A stretch of 64,000 bases of DNA, from positions 4,264 through 68,263 of the forward strand of contig CASYFC010000010.1 of the NCBI GenBank assembly GCA_949482135.1, in the 5' to 3' direction. This DNA comes from an uncultured Clostridia bacterium (lineage in GTDB: Bacteria; Bacillota; Clostridia; TANB77; CAG-508). Below are positions 1-11,266 of this stretch, piece by piece (within the stretch, counting starts at the first letter, position 1; each line of letters begins with the position of its first letter). The notes beneath the pieces were generated by a model that ran no database searches, was not told where the DNA came from, and worked only from the letters and a program-made list of their open reading frames with translations. Position numbers and translations under genes: made by a program.

Positions 1-131
1 AATTAAAAGCTCATGATGAAAACAATGAATGTAAAGTTGGAGATAAAGTTGAAGTTATGGAAACAAGACCTTTATCAAAAGATAAAAGATACAGACTTGT
101 TAAAATCGTTGAGAAAGCAGTTATAAAATAA
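1..131 (+). CDS. rpsQ: 30S ribosomal protein S17, 3' part (truncated by window edge)
   Basis: Frame from nt 3 reads [42 protein letters not shown]; directly precedes rplN. Confidence 0.97.
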   Translation, partial: LKAHDENNECKVGDKVEVMETRPLSKDKRYRLVKIVEKAVIK

Positions 132-176
132 GATTATCTATGTTATATAGAGAAAAATAAAAGGAGGAACTAAATA

Positions 177-545
177 ATGGTACAGCAACAAACAAGATTA
201 AAAGTAGCTGACAACACTGGTGCAAAAGAAATTATGTGCATTAGATGTTTAGGTGGTTCACATAGAAAAGTTGCCGAAATAGGAGATATAATAATGGCTT
301 CTGTTAAAACAGCTACACCAGGTGGCGTTGTAAAAAAAGGTGAAGTTGTTAAAGCTGTAGTAGTAAGAACAAGAAAAGGTGTTAGAAGACATGATGGTTC
401 TTATTTAAAATTTGATGAAAATGCAGCTGTTATTATACGTGATGATGGTACACCAAAAGGAACACGTATATTTGGACCTGTAGCTAGAGAATTAAGAGAT
501 AAAGATTATATGAAGATTATTTCTTTAGCTCCAGAAGTTTTATAA
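177..545 (+). CDS. rplN: 50S ribosomal protein L14
   Basis: [29 protein letters not shown] motifs; operon order. Confidence 0.99.
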   Translation: MVQQQTRLKVADNTGAKEIMCIRCLGGSHRKVAEIGDIIMASVKTATPGGVVKKGEVVKAVVVRTRKGVRRHDGSYLKFDENAAVIIRDDGTPKGTRIFGPVARELRDKDYMKIISLAPEVL

Positions 546-546
546 A

Positions 547-672
547 AATTTTAACGAAAAGCGTTGTCTAATGTCGTTAGATTTCAATTAAAAATTTAAA
601 TCACGTATATACATATGCTCTATTTAAATTTTTAATTCATCTGCCTAGTTATACTTGCTTTTGATTAAAATT
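547..672. repeat. ~126-bp palindromic intergenic element (MITE/REP-like), copy 1
   Basis: Ends AATTTTAACGAAAAGC...GCTTTTGATTAAAATT form an imperfect inverted repeat; both ~35-bp ends match the reverse complement of 6574-6694. Confidence 0.8.
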
Positions 673-725
673 AGGAAAATGAAATTATTAAATAGAAACT
701 CATAATAAAGGGGTGAAAAGAAAGA

Positions 726-1034
726 ATGAAAATCAAAAAAGGAGATACAGTTAAAATTTTATCAGGAAATGATAAAGGAAAAACTGGAGAAGTTTTAGAT
801 ATAATACCAAAAACAAATAAAATAGTTGTTAAAGGTGTTAATATTAGAAAAAAACATATCAAACCTAGAAAACAAGGTGAAGAAGGCGGAATCATTTCTG
901 TTGAATGCGCTATACATAGTGCAAAAGCTAATGTAGTTTGCCCAAAATGTAAAGCAGCTACAAAAGTAGGATATGTTGAAGAAAAAGGCGAAAAAGTTCG
1001 TGTTTGCAAAAAATGTGGTGCAAAATTAAAATAG
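726..1034 (+). CDS. rplX: 50S ribosomal protein L24
   Basis: KIKKGDTV..GNDKGKTG KOW motif; operon order. Confidence 0.99.
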   Translation: MKIKKGDTVKILSGNDKGKTGEVLDIIPKTNKIVVKGVNIRKKHIKPRKQGEEGGIISVECAIHSAKANVVCPKCKAATKVGYVEEKGEKVRVCKKCGAKLK

Positions 1035-1064
1035 AAAGTTTTTAGAAAGGAGGAATAGATTTAC

Positions 1065-1604
1065 ATGGAAACACTTAGAGAACAATATGAAAAAGAAGTA
1101 GTTCCAGCAATGATGAAGAAATTTAATTATTCTTCAGTAATGCAAGTTCCTAAATTAGATAAAATAGTTATAAATATAGGATTAGGAGATACAAAGGATA
1201 ATCCTAAAGCTTTAGATAATGCTATGAATGATTTAAGCATAATTACAGGTCAAAAACCAATAGTAACAAAAGCTAGAAAATCAATCGCAGCTTTTAAATT
1301 AAGAGAAGGTGCCAAAATAGGATGCAAGGTTACATTAAGAGCAGGAAAAATGTATGATTTTGCATTAAAACTATTTAATGTTGCTCTTCCAAGAGTTAGA
1401 GATTTCAGAGGAGTTTCAAGCAATTCATTTGATGGTAGAGGAAACTACTCAATGGGTATAAAAGAACAATTAATATTCCCAGAAATCGAATATGATAAAG
1501 TAGATAAATTAAGAGGTATGGATATTATATTTGTAACAACAGCTAAAACTGATGAAGAAGCTAAAGAGTTACTAACATTATTAGGAATGCCATTTAGAGT
1601 TTAG
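1065..1604 (+). CDS. rplE: 50S ribosomal protein L5
   Basis: [21 protein letters not shown] motifs. Confidence 0.99.
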   Translation: METLREQYEKEVVPAMMKKFNYSSVMQVPKLDKIVINIGLGDTKDNPKALDNAMNDLSIITGQKPIVTKARKSIAAFKLREGAKIGCKVTLRAGKMYDFALKLFNVALPRVRDFRGVSSNSFDGRGNYSMGIKEQLIFPEIEYDKVDKLRGMDIIFVTTAKTDEEAKELLTLLGMPFRV

Positions 1605-1627
1605 TTTTTTGAAGAAAGGAGAAAAAA

Positions 1628-1813
1628 ATGGCTAAAAAATCATTAAAAGTAAAATGTGCAAAACCACAAAAATTTAAAACAAGAGAATATAACAGATGTA
1701 AACTTTGTGGAAGACCACATGCATATATTAGAAAATATGGTATTTGCCGTGTTTGCTTCAGAGAATTAGCTCATAAAGGTGAAATCCCAGGAGTTAAAAA
1801 GGCAAGCTGGTAA
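1628..1813 (+). CDS. rpsN: 30S ribosomal protein S14, zinc-binding type Z
   Basis: 61 aa, CKLC...[13 protein letters not shown]. Confidence 0.99.
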   Translation: MAKKSLKVKCAKPQKFKTREYNRCKLCGRPHAYIRKYGICRVCFRELAHKGEIPGVKKASW

Positions 1814-1851
1814 TAAAAATATAAAAAATATTAAAAAAGGAGGGTAAAAAA

Positions 1852-2250
1852 TTGAATACAACAGACCCAATAGCAGATATGTTAACAAGAATAAGAAATG
1901 CAAATAGCGCTAAATTTAAAACAGTTGATGTTCCAACATCAAAAATGAAAAAAGCTATTGCAGAAACATTACTTGAAGAAGGTTATATAAAAGCTTTTGA
2001 AGAAATAGAAAGCGATGTACAAGGAATCATTAGAATTTCTTTAAAATATGATGAGAAAGGTAATAGAGTTATAGATGGTTTAAGAAGAATCAGTAAACCT
2101 GGTTTAAGAATTTATGCATCTAAAGATGAATTACCAAAAGTATTAAATGGTTTAGGTGTTGCATTAATTTCTACTTCAAAAGGAATTATGACAGATAAAA
2201 AAGCTAGAGAATTAGGTATAGGTGGAGAAGTTTTAGCTTACATTTGGTAG
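1852..2250 (+). CDS. rpsH: 30S ribosomal protein S8 (TTG start)
   Basis: [30 protein letters not shown]. Confidence 0.99.
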   Translation: MNTTDPIADMLTRIRNANSAKFKTVDVPTSKMKKAIAETLLEEGYIKAFEEIESDVQGIIRISLKYDEKGNRVIDGLRRISKPGLRIYASKDELPKVLNGLGVALISTSKGIMTDKKARELGIGGEVLAYIW

Positions 2251-2303
2251 AAATATCCACTAATAGAAAAATAAAATAGTTAAAAGAAGGAGGGAAATTC
2301 GAA

Positions 2304-2843
2304 ATGTCTAGAATAGGAAATAAACCTATTACAGTACCAGAAGGTGTTGAAATTAAAATCGATGGACAAAAAATTACTGTAAAAGGTCCTAAAGGAACTT
2401 TAGAGAAAGAATTTCATAAAAATATGAAAATCAATCTTGAAAATAATGTTTTAACAGTAGTTAGACCAGATGATCAACCTGAAAACAGAAGTTTACATGG
2501 TTTAACAAGAACATTATTAAATAACATGATTGAAGGAACAACAAAAGGTTTTGAAAGAAAATTAGAAGTTAATGGTGTTGGATATAGAGCAAGCAAAAAA
2601 GGAAATGACTTATTATTAAACTTAGGTTATTCTCATCCAGTAGAATTAGCTGCACCAGCAGGAATTACTTTTGATGTACCAAATGCAAACGAAATAATTG
2701 TTAAAGGTATGGATAAAGAATTAGTTGGTCAAACTGCAGCTGTTATCAGAACAAAGAGACCACCAGAAGTTTATAGAGGAAAAGGTATCAAATACGCTGA
2801 AGAAGTTATCAGACGTAAAGAAGGTAAAGCTGGTAAAAAATAG
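2304..2843 (+). CDS. rplF: 50S ribosomal protein L6
   Basis: [27 protein letters not shown]. Confidence 0.99.
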   Translation: MSRIGNKPITVPEGVEIKIDGQKITVKGPKGTLEKEFHKNMKINLENNVLTVVRPDDQPENRSLHGLTRTLLNNMIEGTTKGFERKLEVNGVGYRASKKGNDLLLNLGYSHPVELAAPAGITFDVPNANEIIVKGMDKELVGQTAAVIRTKRPPEVYRGKGIKYAEEVIRRKEGKAGKK

Positions 2844-2998
2844 ACCATTAAATAAATTAAATCATCTGTATAAACAGATAGTTTATGTAGTTAATATGTT
2901 AGGTAAAGTTGCTTTAGGGGGTATATTTAATCCCTTAAAGATATACCAAAATATGGGATTAGATATACCCCTATAAGGAGACCTAGAAAGGAGTAAAA

Positions 2999-3358
2999 AT
3001 GATTACTAAAATAGATAGAAAAGCTGAAAGAGTAAGACGTCACGCAAGAGTACGTACAAAAGTTTCTGGAACAACAGAATGTCCAAGACTTGCAGTAACA
3101 AAATCTAACAAAAACATTATAGCTCAAATTATTGATGATGTTAAAGGAGAAACACTTGTATATGTTTCTACATTAGATAAAGACATTAAAACAAAAGCTG
3201 CAAATGTTGAAGCTGCAAAAGAAGTTGGTAAAGCTGTTGCAGAAAAAGCTTTAAAGAAAAATATCAAACAAGTAGTATTTGATAGAGGTGGATTTATATA
3301 TCACGGTGTTGTTAAAGCCTTAGCTGAATCAGCTCGTGAAGCAGGATTAGAATTTTAA
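2999..3358 (+). CDS. rplR: 50S ribosomal protein L18
   Basis: [25 protein letters not shown]. Confidence 0.99.
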   Translation: MITKIDRKAERVRRHARVRTKVSGTTECPRLAVTKSNKNIIAQIIDDVKGETLVYVSTLDKDIKTKAANVEAAKEVGKAVAEKALKKNIKQVVFDRGGFIYHGVVKALAESAREAGLEF

Positions 3359-3443
3359 GATAGTTCTAAGAACGAAGTGATGTAGAAATATCTTATACAG
3401 CGAAGCTGTATTCATTATTTAAGAAGGAGGAAAAAGTATTCTC

Positions 3444-3932
3444 ATGGAAGAAAAATCAGTAGAATTAAAAGAAACTGTAGTAGCTATCAATAGAGTTGCA
3501 AAAGTTGTTAAAGGTGGTAGAACTTTTAGATTTAGCGCTGTTGTAGTTGTTGGAGATGAGCAAGGACATATTGGTGTTGGTAATGGAAAAGCAGCAGAAG
3601 TTCCAGATGCAATCAAAAAAGCTATTGAAGATGCTAAAAAGAATTTAATAACAGTTCCAATCGTTGGAACAACAATACCACATGAATTTGTTGGCAGATT
3701 TGGTAGTGCTAAAGTTATGTTAAAACCAGGTGCAGAAGGTACTGGAGTTATAGCTGGTGGTAGTGTTAGACCAGTTCTTGAACTTGCAGGTTATAAAGAT
3801 ATAAACACAAAAGTTATTGGAACAAACAATCCAAGAAACGTTGTTTATGCTACTATCGAAGCTCTTAAAAATATGCAAACTGCTGAATCAGTTGCTAAAA
3901 AAAGAGGAAAAAAAGTTAGCGAAATATTATAA
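3444..3932 (+). CDS. rpsE: 30S ribosomal protein S5
   Basis: [21 protein letters not shown]. Confidence 0.99.
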   Translation: MEEKSVELKETVVAINRVAKVVKGGRTFRFSAVVVVGDEQGHIGVGNGKAAEVPDAIKKAIEDAKKNLITVPIVGTTIPHEFVGRFGSAKVMLKPGAEGTGVIAGGSVRPVLELAGYKDINTKVIGTNNPRNVVYATIEALKNMQTAESVAKKRGKKVSEIL

Positions 3933-3952
3933 TAAAAATTTAATAGAATTTA

Positions 3953-3980
3953 TTGAAATTGTATTATTTAATGATATAAT
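3953..3980 (+). promoter_or_regulatory. Sigma-A-like internal promoter upstream of rplO
   Basis: TTGAAA-16 bp-TATAAT with extended -10 TG (TGATATAAT), in the 90-bp gap where rpmD normally lies. Confidence 0.6.
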
Positions 3981-4022
3981 AAATTCGAATTTAATAAAAC
4001 CAAATAGAGGAGGTGCAAAAAG

Positions 4023-4457
4023 ATGGAATTAGGAAACATTAAGCCAGCTACAAAAAGACAAACTAGAAGAAGAGTAGGTCGTGGAATCGGTTCAGGTCTT
4101 GGAAAAACTTCTGGTAGAGGTCATAAAGGTCAAAAAGCAAGATCTGGTGGCGGAGTAAGAAGAGGATTTGAAGGTGGTCAAACACCATTATATAGAAGAT
4201 TACCAAAAAGAGGATTCACAAACATTCATGCTAAAAATTATACAGAAGTAACTTTAACAATGCTTAATAAATCAGAAGCTACAGAAGTTACAGCTGAAAC
4301 ATTATTAGCAGAAGGAATCATCGGAAAAGTAAACGATGGAATAGTTGTTTTAGCTACTGGAAATTTAGATAAAAAATTAACAGTAAAAGCAAAAAGATTT
4401 ACTAAAGCTGCTGCAGAAAAAATAGAAGCTGCAGGTGGAAAGATTGAGGTGATTTAG
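4023..4457 (+). CDS. rplO: 50S ribosomal protein L15
   Basis: [41 protein letters not shown]. Confidence 0.99.
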   Translation: MELGNIKPATKRQTRRRVGRGIGSGLGKTSGRGHKGQKARSGGGVRRGFEGGQTPLYRRLPKRGFTNIHAKNYTEVTLTMLNKSEATEVTAETLLAEGIIGKVNDGIVVLATGNLDKKLTVKAKRFTKAAAEKIEAAGGKIEVI

Positions 4458-5783
4458 TTGTTTAAAACTATTAAAAATGCTTGGAAAACTCCAGATGTAA
4501 GAAAAAGAATATTATACACACTATTATTAATAGTAATATTTAGATTTGGTTGTTATATTGCTGTTCCTGGTGTAGATACAATTGCTTTAGCTGAGCAAAT
4601 GAATTCTGCAACAGGTAGTTTAACAGGATTAATCAATACAATATCTGGTGGAGCTTTCTCAAGATTATCAATATTCTCAATGACAATAACTCCATATATT
4701 ACAGCATCAATTGTTATTCAATTGTTAGGTTGGATTATCCCTTCATTAGAAAAAATGATGAAGGAAGGTGGAGAAGCTGGAAAACAAAAAATTAATAAAT
4801 ATACTAAAATGTTAAGTATTGTTTTAGCTTTAATAGAAGGTTTAGGAATTTATATTTCATATAGCTCATCTGGAATATTTATTAATCCAGGATTCTTAAC
4901 AGGATCTGTAGTTGTATTATCTTTAATTACTGGTACTGCAATATTAATGTGGTTAGGTGATCAAATTACAAATAAAGGTATTGGAAATGGTATCTCAATG
5001 ATTATCTTTGTTGGTATCATCTCAAGATTACCTTCAGGAGTAGTTACATTATTCAATATAATTGTAGGAGAAACAGGAATAAGTACTGTTGGTATAGTTA
5101 CTTCACTTGCAATTATATTAGGAGCAATCCTTTTAGTTGCTGGAGTTGTTTTTGTACAACAAGCAGAAAGAAAAGTTCCAGTACAATATGCAAAAAAAGT
5201 TGTAGGAAGAAAAATGTATGGTGGACAAAATACACATATTCCACTTAAGCTAGCAATGGCTGGAGTTATGCCAGTAATTTTCGCATCATCATTCATGACA
5301 TTCCCTGCAATGATTATTCAAATTTTTGCAGCAGATAAAATTGGAGGAACAGGATTTATTGCTGGTCTATACAATTTTTCAATAGCTACTTCTACATCAA
5401 ATGTTGCTTGGGGATATAGTTTAGCAAACGCTATAGTATATTTACTATTAATAGTTGGATTTACATTCTTCTATACATATGCAACATTTAATCCAGCAGA
5501 AGTATCTACTAATATTAAACAAAATGGTGGATTTATTCCAGGTATTAGAGCTGGAAAACCAACAACAGAATATATAACAGCAATATTAAACAAACTAACA
5601 TGGTTTGGTGCTATATTCTTAAGTTTAATAGCAATCCTTCCAATGTTGATGAGATTTACAGATATTGATATTTCATTCGGTGGTACATCAATACTTATTG
5701 TAGTTGGTGTTGCACTAGAAACTGTTCAACAATTAGAATCTCAATTAGTAATGAGACATTATAAAGGATTTTTAGAGAAATAG
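4458..5783 (+). CDS. secY: Preprotein translocase subunit SecY (TTG start)
   Basis: PYITASIVIQLL, GIGNGISMIIF, FIPGIRAG, GGTSILIVVGV. Confidence 0.99.
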   Translation: MFKTIKNAWKTPDVRKRILYTLLLIVIFRFGCYIAVPGVDTIALAEQMNSATGSLTGLINTISGGAFSRLSIFSMTITPYITASIVIQLLGWIIPSLEKMMKEGGEAGKQKINKYTKMLSIVLALIEGLGIYISYSSSGIFINPGFLTGSVVVLSLITGTAILMWLGDQITNKGIGNGISMIIFVGIISRLPSGVVTLFNIIVGETGISTVGIVTSLAIILGAILLVAGVVFVQQAERKVPVQYAKKVVGRKMYGGQNTHIPLKLAMAGVMPVIFASSFMTFPAMIIQIFAADKIGGTGFIAGLYNFSIATSTSNVAWGYSLANAIVYLLLIVGFTFFYTYATFNPAEVSTNIKQNGGFIPGIRAGKPTTEYITAILNKLTWFGAIFLSLIAILPMLMRFTDIDISFGGTSILIVVGVALETVQQLESQLVMRHYKGFLEK

Positions 5784-5908
5784 ATATAAATAAAAGTATA
5801 TAGGGTGGATTAAATCCACCCATATATGCTTTAATTTTATGTTAATTAAATGATAATTAAGTTTTGAGTATTATTTAATTAGCATAAATTTTTAAGGAGG
5901 TAACTATT

Positions 5909-6574
5909 ATGGTTATTATTATGTTAGGAGCTCCAGCTTCTGGAAAAGGAAGTGTAGCAGAAATTCTTTCAAAAGAATTTAATATTCCAGCAATTTCTAG
6001 TGGAGATATTTTTAGAAAATATATTAGTGAAGGAACAGAAATTGGTCAAAGAGCTAATAGTTATATGACAAAAGGACAATTAGTTCCAGATGATTTAACT
6101 GTTGAGTTAATCACATCTAGATTAAAAGAAGATGATGTTCAAAATGGATTAATTTTAGATGGTTTCCCAAGAACAGTAAATCAAGCTAAAGTTTTAGATG
6201 AAATGTTAACAAAAGAAGGAAAGAAAATAGATATAGTAGTTAATTTAGAGACACCAGAAGAAGAAATTCTAGAAAGAATTACTAATAGAATGATTTGTAC
6301 AAATTCAGATTGTAAAACTGTTTATAATACAGTATTACATCCTTCAAAAGTTGAAGGTATTTGTGATAAATGTGGAAGCCCATTATATCAAAGAGATGAT
6401 GATAAATTAGAAAAAGCAAAAAATAGATTAGAAGTATATCATAGAGAAACTGCGCCAGTAGCAGATTATTACAAAGAAACAGGTGCTTTATATTCAACAG
6501 TATTAAGTAAATCTGTAAATAGAATGAAAGATGAAGTTGCTGCTGATGTTATAAATTATCTTAAAAATAAGTAA
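5909..6574 (+). CDS. adk: Adenylate kinase
   Basis: GAPASGKGS P-loop, LDGFPRT, Cys-containing lid. Confidence 0.98.
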   Translation: MVIIMLGAPASGKGSVAEILSKEFNIPAISSGDIFRKYISEGTEIGQRANSYMTKGQLVPDDLTVELITSRLKEDDVQNGLILDGFPRTVNQAKVLDEMLTKEGKKIDIVVNLETPEEEILERITNRMICTNSDCKTVYNTVLHPSKVEGICDKCGSPLYQRDDDKLEKAKNRLEVYHRETAPVADYYKETGALYSTVLSKSVNRMKDEVAADVINYLKNK

Positions 6575-6694
6575 ATTTCAATCAAAAGCAAGTATAACAA
6601 GGCAGAATAAAAATTTTGAACGAAAATATACTAGTGTATATTGAGTACAAAGTTTTGATGATAACGAAGTTAGACAAAGCTTTTCATTAAAATT
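6574..6694. repeat. ~121-bp palindromic intergenic element, copy 2 (inverted relative to copy 1)
   Basis: Reverse complement starts AATTTTAATGAAAAGCTTTGTCTAA and ends CTGCCTTGTTATACTTGCTTTTGATTGAAATT, matching the ends of 547-672. Confidence 0.8.
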
Positions 6695-6710
6695 ATTAGA
6701 GAGGAACAAG

Positions 6711-7481
6711 ATGATTACAATAAAATCAAAAAGAGAAATTGAATTAATGCAAGAAGCTTGTAAAATAACTGCATTAACTTATGAATATATAGAAAAAATA
6801 ATAAAACCAGGAATGAGTACTTTAGAACTTGACCATATGGCAGAAAAATTCATAAAAGAGCATGGTGGAATTTCTGCTCAAAAGGGATATCCAAGTGGAG
6901 TAAGAGGGGTACCAAATTTTCCAGGAACTTTATGTATTTCTATAAATGATGAAGTTATTCATGGAATACCATCAAAAGATATTTATATAAAAGATGGAGA
7001 TGTTGTTAGTGTAGACTTAGTTGTATTAAAGAATGGATATAACGGTGATGCAGCAAGAACATTTTTAGTTGGAAATTGTAGTAAGGAAGCCCAAGAATTA
7101 GTAGCAGTTACAAAACAAGCATTTTTTGAAGCTATGAAATATGCAAAAGCTGGAAACAGAATTGGAGATATTTCAAATGCAGTAGATTCTTATGTAAGAC
7201 AATTTGGATTCTCAGTAGTTAGAGAATTCCAAGGACATGGAATAGGAAAAGAAATGCATGAAGATCCAGGAGTGCCAAATTATGGAAAACCAGGTAGAGG
7301 ACCAAAGCTTGAAGCTGGTATGACAATAGCAGTAGAACCTATGGTAATAGCTGGAAAGCCAGACATTTGGGAATTAGATGATGGATGGACAATTGTAACT
7401 CAAGATGGAAGCTTGGCAGCACATTATGAAAACACAATTTTAATCACAGAAAATGAGCCAAAAATCTTGACATTACTATAA
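6711..7481 (+). CDS. map: Type I methionine aminopeptidase
   Basis: CISINDEVIHGIP, GHGIG..MHEDP, AVEPM, HYENT. Confidence 0.98.
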   Translation: MITIKSKREIELMQEACKITALTYEYIEKIIKPGMSTLELDHMAEKFIKEHGGISAQKGYPSGVRGVPNFPGTLCISINDEVIHGIPSKDIYIKDGDVVSVDLVVLKNGYNGDAARTFLVGNCSKEAQELVAVTKQAFFEAMKYAKAGNRIGDISNAVDSYVRQFGFSVVREFQGHGIGKEMHEDPGVPNYGKPGRGPKLEAGMTIAVEPMVIAGKPDIWELDDGWTIVTQDGSLAAHYENTILITENEPKILTLL

Positions 7482-7596
7482 AAATAAGATATAATATTCT
7501 AGATTATTGCTCAAGAGTCAACTTGAGAGATAATAAATACACGAAAATAATGCCTATAAAGGCTTACTTTGCGTTCTGAGTAAAGGGGGTTTTAAT

Positions 7597-7815
7597 TTGT
7601 CTAAAGAAGATGTAATCGAAGTAGAAGGTACAGTTGTTGAAACATTACCAAATACTAATTTTAAGGTAGAACTTGAAAATGGTCATCAAGTCTTAGCTCA
7701 CATATCTGGAAAGCTTAGAATGAACTATATAAAAATTCTACCAGGTGACAAAGTAAAATTAGAATTATCACCATATGATTTATCTAAAGGAAGAATTACT
7801 TGGAGAGCAAAATAA
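7597..7815 (+). CDS. infA: Translation initiation factor IF-1 (TTG start)
   Basis: [28 protein letters not shown]. Confidence 0.99.
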   Translation: MSKEDVIEVEGTVVETLPNTNFKVELENGHQVLAHISGKLRMNYIKILPGDKVKLELSPYDLSKGRITWRAK

Positions 7816-7838
7816 TAATATTTTTAGGAGGAAGAAAG

Positions 7839-7952
7839 ATGAAAGTAAGACCATCAGTTAAGAAAATTTGCGAAAAATGCAAAATCATCAAAAGAAAAGG
7901 CGTTGTTAGAGTTATATGCGAAAACCCTAAGCATAAACAAAGACAAGGATAG
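7839..7952 (+). CDS. rpmJ: 50S ribosomal protein L36 (not in ORF track)
   Basis: [46 protein letters not shown]. Confidence 0.99.
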   Translation: MKVRPSVKKICEKCKIIKRKGVVRVICENPKHKQRQG

Positions 7953-8155
7953 TTAATTATCCAAAAAAATTGATATTAACATAGTCTGGAGCGGCTGTCA
8001 GAAAAAACTGATATTCATACTGTGTTTATATATATGTCAAAAATAATTAGATTACTATTATATTTTATATAATACATTTCAGGTTTAATTATGTATGGCA
8101 ACTAACAATAAAAAAGACAAAGTAAAGATAAAAATTTATGGAGGTGCAAAAATTT

Positions 8156-8521
8156 ATGGCTCGTATAGCAGGAGTTGATTTACCTAGAGAAAAAAGAGTA
8201 GAAATAGGATTAACATACATATATGGTATTGGTTTACCTACTTCTCAAAAAATTTTAAAAGAATCTGGTGTAAACCCAGATACTAGAGTAAAAGATTTAA
8301 CAGATGATGAAGTAGCTAGTATAAGAAAAGCTATGGAAGGATTAAAAGTAGAAGGTGACTTAAGAAGAGAAGTAGCTTTAAATATAAAAAGATTAACAGA
8401 AATCGGATGCTACAGAGGTATTAGACATAGAAGAGGACTACCAGTAAGAGGTCAAAGAACAAAAACTAATGCTCGTACAAGAAAAGGTCCTAGAAAATTA
8501 GTAAGTAAGAGTAAAAAATAA
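8156..8521 (+). CDS. rpsM: 30S ribosomal protein S13
   Basis: [25 protein letters not shown]; start moved to ATG after GGAGG. Confidence 0.99.
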   Translation: MARIAGVDLPREKRVEIGLTYIYGIGLPTSQKILKESGVNPDTRVKDLTDDEVASIRKAMEGLKVEGDLRREVALNIKRLTEIGCYRGIRHRRGLPVRGQRTKTNARTRKGPRKLVSKSKK

Positions 8522-8545
8522 AATTAATTAGGAGGTAAATACCAA

Positions 8546-8947
8546 ATGGCTAAAGCTAGTAACGTAAAGAAAACAGGTATCAGAAGAAGAGAAAGAAAAA
8601 ACATAGATAAAGGTTCAGCTCATATTCATTCTAGTTTTAATAATACAATCGTTTCTATCACAGATACTCAAGGAAATGTTATCTCTTGGGCTAGTGCTGG
8701 AGAACTTGGATTTAAAGGATCTAGAAAAAGTACACCATTTGCAGCTGGTCAAGCAGCAGAAACTGCAGCTAAAGCAGCAATGGAACACGGATTAAAAACT
8801 GTTGAAGTTTTCGTAAAAGGACCAGGTGCTGGTCGTGAAGCTGCAATTAGATCATTACAAACAGCTGGATTAGATATAACAATGATTAAAGATGTTACAC
8901 CAATACCACACAACGGATGTAGACCACCAAAAAGAAGAAGAGTGTAA
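8546..8947 (+). CDS. rpsK: 30S ribosomal protein S11
   Basis: [31 protein letters not shown]. Confidence 0.99.
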   Translation: MAKASNVKKTGIRRRERKNIDKGSAHIHSSFNNTIVSITDTQGNVISWASAGELGFKGSRKSTPFAAGQAAETAAKAAMEHGLKTVEVFVKGPGAGREAAIRSLQTAGLDITMIKDVTPIPHNGCRPPKRRRV

Positions 8948-8993
8948 TAGGATTGATATAAAGAAAATTTAAGAAAGAGGTGTATTTAAACAA

Positions 8994-9620
8994 ATGGCAA
9001 GATATAAAGACGAACAATGCCGTATATGCCGTAGAGAAGGGCAAAAATTGTTCTTAAAAGGTTCAAGATGCTATTCTGATAAATGTAGCGTAACAAGAAG
9101 AAATTATGCTCCAGGACAACATGGACAAAAAAGAACAAAATTATCTGAATACGGTACTCAATTAAGAGAAAAACAAAAAACTAAATCATTCTACGGAGTA
9201 GGTGAAAAACAATTTAGAAAATATTTTGAAATGGCTTCTAATAAAAAAGGTATCACAGGTACAGTTTTATTACAAATATTAGAAAGCAGATTAGATAACG
9301 TTGTATATAGATTAGGTTTTGGTGTTTCAAGACCACAAGCTAGACAATTAGTAACACATGGTAACTTTGAAGTTAATGGAGTTAAAACAGATATAGCTTC
9401 TTATTTAGTAAAACCAGGTGATGTTATCACAATAAGAGAAAATAGAAAAGATAATAGTGTTATCAAAACTAACGTTGAAGCAGGTGCTATTAGACCAATA
9501 CCAGAATGGTTAGATTTAGATAACAAAAACTTAAGTGCAAAAGTTGTTAGAGCTGTTAATAGAGAAGAAATTGATCTACCAGTTGAAGAACACTTAATCG
9601 TTGAGTTATACTCTAAATAA
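8994..9620 (+). CDS. rpsD: 30S ribosomal protein S4
   Basis: [26 protein letters not shown]. Confidence 0.99.
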   Translation: MARYKDEQCRICRREGQKLFLKGSRCYSDKCSVTRRNYAPGQHGQKRTKLSEYGTQLREKQKTKSFYGVGEKQFRKYFEMASNKKGITGTVLLQILESRLDNVVYRLGFGVSRPQARQLVTHGNFEVNGVKTDIASYLVKPGDVITIRENRKDNSVIKTNVEAGAIRPIPEWLDLDNKNLSAKVVRAVNREEIDLPVEEHLIVELYSK

Positions 9621-9698
9621 TAATTTGAATACTTAGGATACGTACGTAGGATATATATAAATTTTAAAAGGTTATTTTTGTAACCATAGGAGGTAAGA

Positions 9699-10646
9699 AT
9701 GATTGAATTTGAAAAACCAAACATCGAATGTGTAGAGACAGACGATAAGAGGAATTATGCAAAATTCATATGTGAACCATTAGAGCGTGGATATGGAATG
9801 ACAATAGGAAATTCTTTAAGAAGAATTTTATTATCATCATTACCAGGAGCTGCTATAACAAGTGTTAAAATAAACGGCGTAGTACATGAATTTTCTACAG
9901 TTCAAGGAATTGTAGAAGATGTTCCTGAGTTAATTGTTAATTTAAAAAGTGTTAGACTTAAAGTATTTGATAATGAAGAAAAAGTTATTAGAATAGATCA
10001 CAAAGGTGCTGGAGAAATTACAGCTGCTGATATCGTAACAGATGGAACAGTTGAAATATTAAATCCAGAACTACATATAGCAACAACTTCAAATAGCTGT
10101 GATGTTCACATGGAAATGACAGTTAATAGAGGTAGAGGTTACAATGTTGCTGAGAAAAACAAAAAAGATAATAATCCAATAGATGTATTACCAATCGACT
10201 CAATATTTACTCCTGTAAAGAAAGTTAACTATACAGTAGAAAATACTAGAGTTGGACAAATGGTAGATTATGATAAATTAACAATTGAAGTTTGGACAGA
10301 CGGTAGTTTAAAACCTTTTGAAGCTTTGAGTTTAGCTGCTAAAGTTATGACAGGTCACTTAGAGTTATTTATTGACTTATCAGAAACAGCTAAAAATACT
10401 CAAGTTATGGTAGAGAAAGAAGAATCTAAAAAAGAGAAAGTTTTAGAAATGCCTATAGAGGATTTAGAACTTTCTGTAAGATCTTACAATTGCTTAAAGA
10501 GAGCTGGTATCTCAACAGTTGAAGATTTAACAAATAAATCACAAGAAGATATGATGAAGGTTAGAAATCTTGGAAAGAAATCATTAGATGAAGTTACAAA
10601 CAAATTGATTTCTTTAGGATTAAACTTTACATCAGAAGATGAATAA
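9699..10646 (+). CDS. rpoA: RNA polymerase subunit alpha
   Basis: [33 protein letters not shown]. Confidence 0.99.
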   Translation: MIEFEKPNIECVETDDKRNYAKFICEPLERGYGMTIGNSLRRILLSSLPGAAITSVKINGVVHEFSTVQGIVEDVPELIVNLKSVRLKVFDNEEKVIRIDHKGAGEITAADIVTDGTVEILNPELHIATTSNSCDVHMEMTVNRGRGYNVAEKNKKDNNPIDVLPIDSIFTPVKKVNYTVENTRVGQMVDYDKLTIEVWTDGSLKPFEALSLAAKVMTGHLELFIDLSETAKNTQVMVEKEESKKEKVLEMPIEDLELSVRSYNCLKRAGISTVEDLTNKSQEDMMKVRNLGKKSLDEVTNKLISLGLNFTSEDE

Positions 10647-10669
10647 TATTAAGGAAGGTGGAAAGTAAA

Positions 10670-11179
10670 GTGGCAGGAACAAGAAAACTTGGAAAACCAA
10701 CTGATCAAAGATTAGCAATGTTAAAAACACAAACAACTGATTTAATATTAAATGGTAAATTAGTTACAACAGAAGCTAGAGCTAAAGAAGTAAAAGCTAT
10801 AGTTGATAGTGTTATAGCATTAGCTGTTAAAGAACATAAAAACTACGAAGAAGTAGAAGTTAAAGTTGTAAAAGCTAAACTTGATGACAAAGGTAGAAAA
10901 GTTACTGAAAAAGTAACAAGCAAAAATGGTAAAGAATACCTTAGAGTTGTTAAAGAAGAAAAAATGGAAAAAAGACAAAAAGATATGCCATCAAGATTAA
11001 ATGCTAGAAGAAAATTAATGAAAAAAGTTAACAAAGTTGAAGGTGTTGACTTAATGGATAAATTATTCAACGAATTAGCTCCAAAATATGAAGGAAGAGC
11101 TGGTGGATATACTAGAATATTAAAAATGGAACCAAGAAAAGGTGACAACAGCAAACAAGCTATTTTAATGTTAGTATAA
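10670..11179 (+). CDS. rplQ: 50S ribosomal protein L17, long form with internal insertion
   Basis: [27 protein letters not shown]; GTG at 10670 fits RBS spacing better than 10658. Confidence 0.96.
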   Translation: MAGTRKLGKPTDQRLAMLKTQTTDLILNGKLVTTEARAKEVKAIVDSVIALAVKEHKNYEEVEVKVVKAKLDDKGRKVTEKVTSKNGKEYLRVVKEEKMEKRQKDMPSRLNARRKLMKKVNKVEGVDLMDKLFNELAPKYEGRAGGYTRILKMEPRKGDNSKQAILMLV

Positions 11180-11185
11180 ATTACA

Positions 11186-11217
11186 GAAAAAGCAAGCCGA
11201 AAGGCTTCTTTTTTTTA
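11186..11217 (+). terminator. Intrinsic terminator of the ribosomal cluster
   Basis: AAGCC-GAAA-GGCTT hairpin followed by T-run. Confidence 0.85.
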
Positions 11218-11266
11218 TTGTAAAAAAATTTTCTATATGTTAATATATAAATTATAGGAGAAAATT

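Noticed and set aside
3817-4032. 71-aa ORF spanning the rpsE-rplO gap as possible rpmD
   Set aside because: Out-of-frame overlap with rpsE and no L30 motifs
7953-8155. Ribosomal protein leader RNA upstream of rpsM
   Set aside because: Long spacer is suggestive but no known leader structure could be matched by eye
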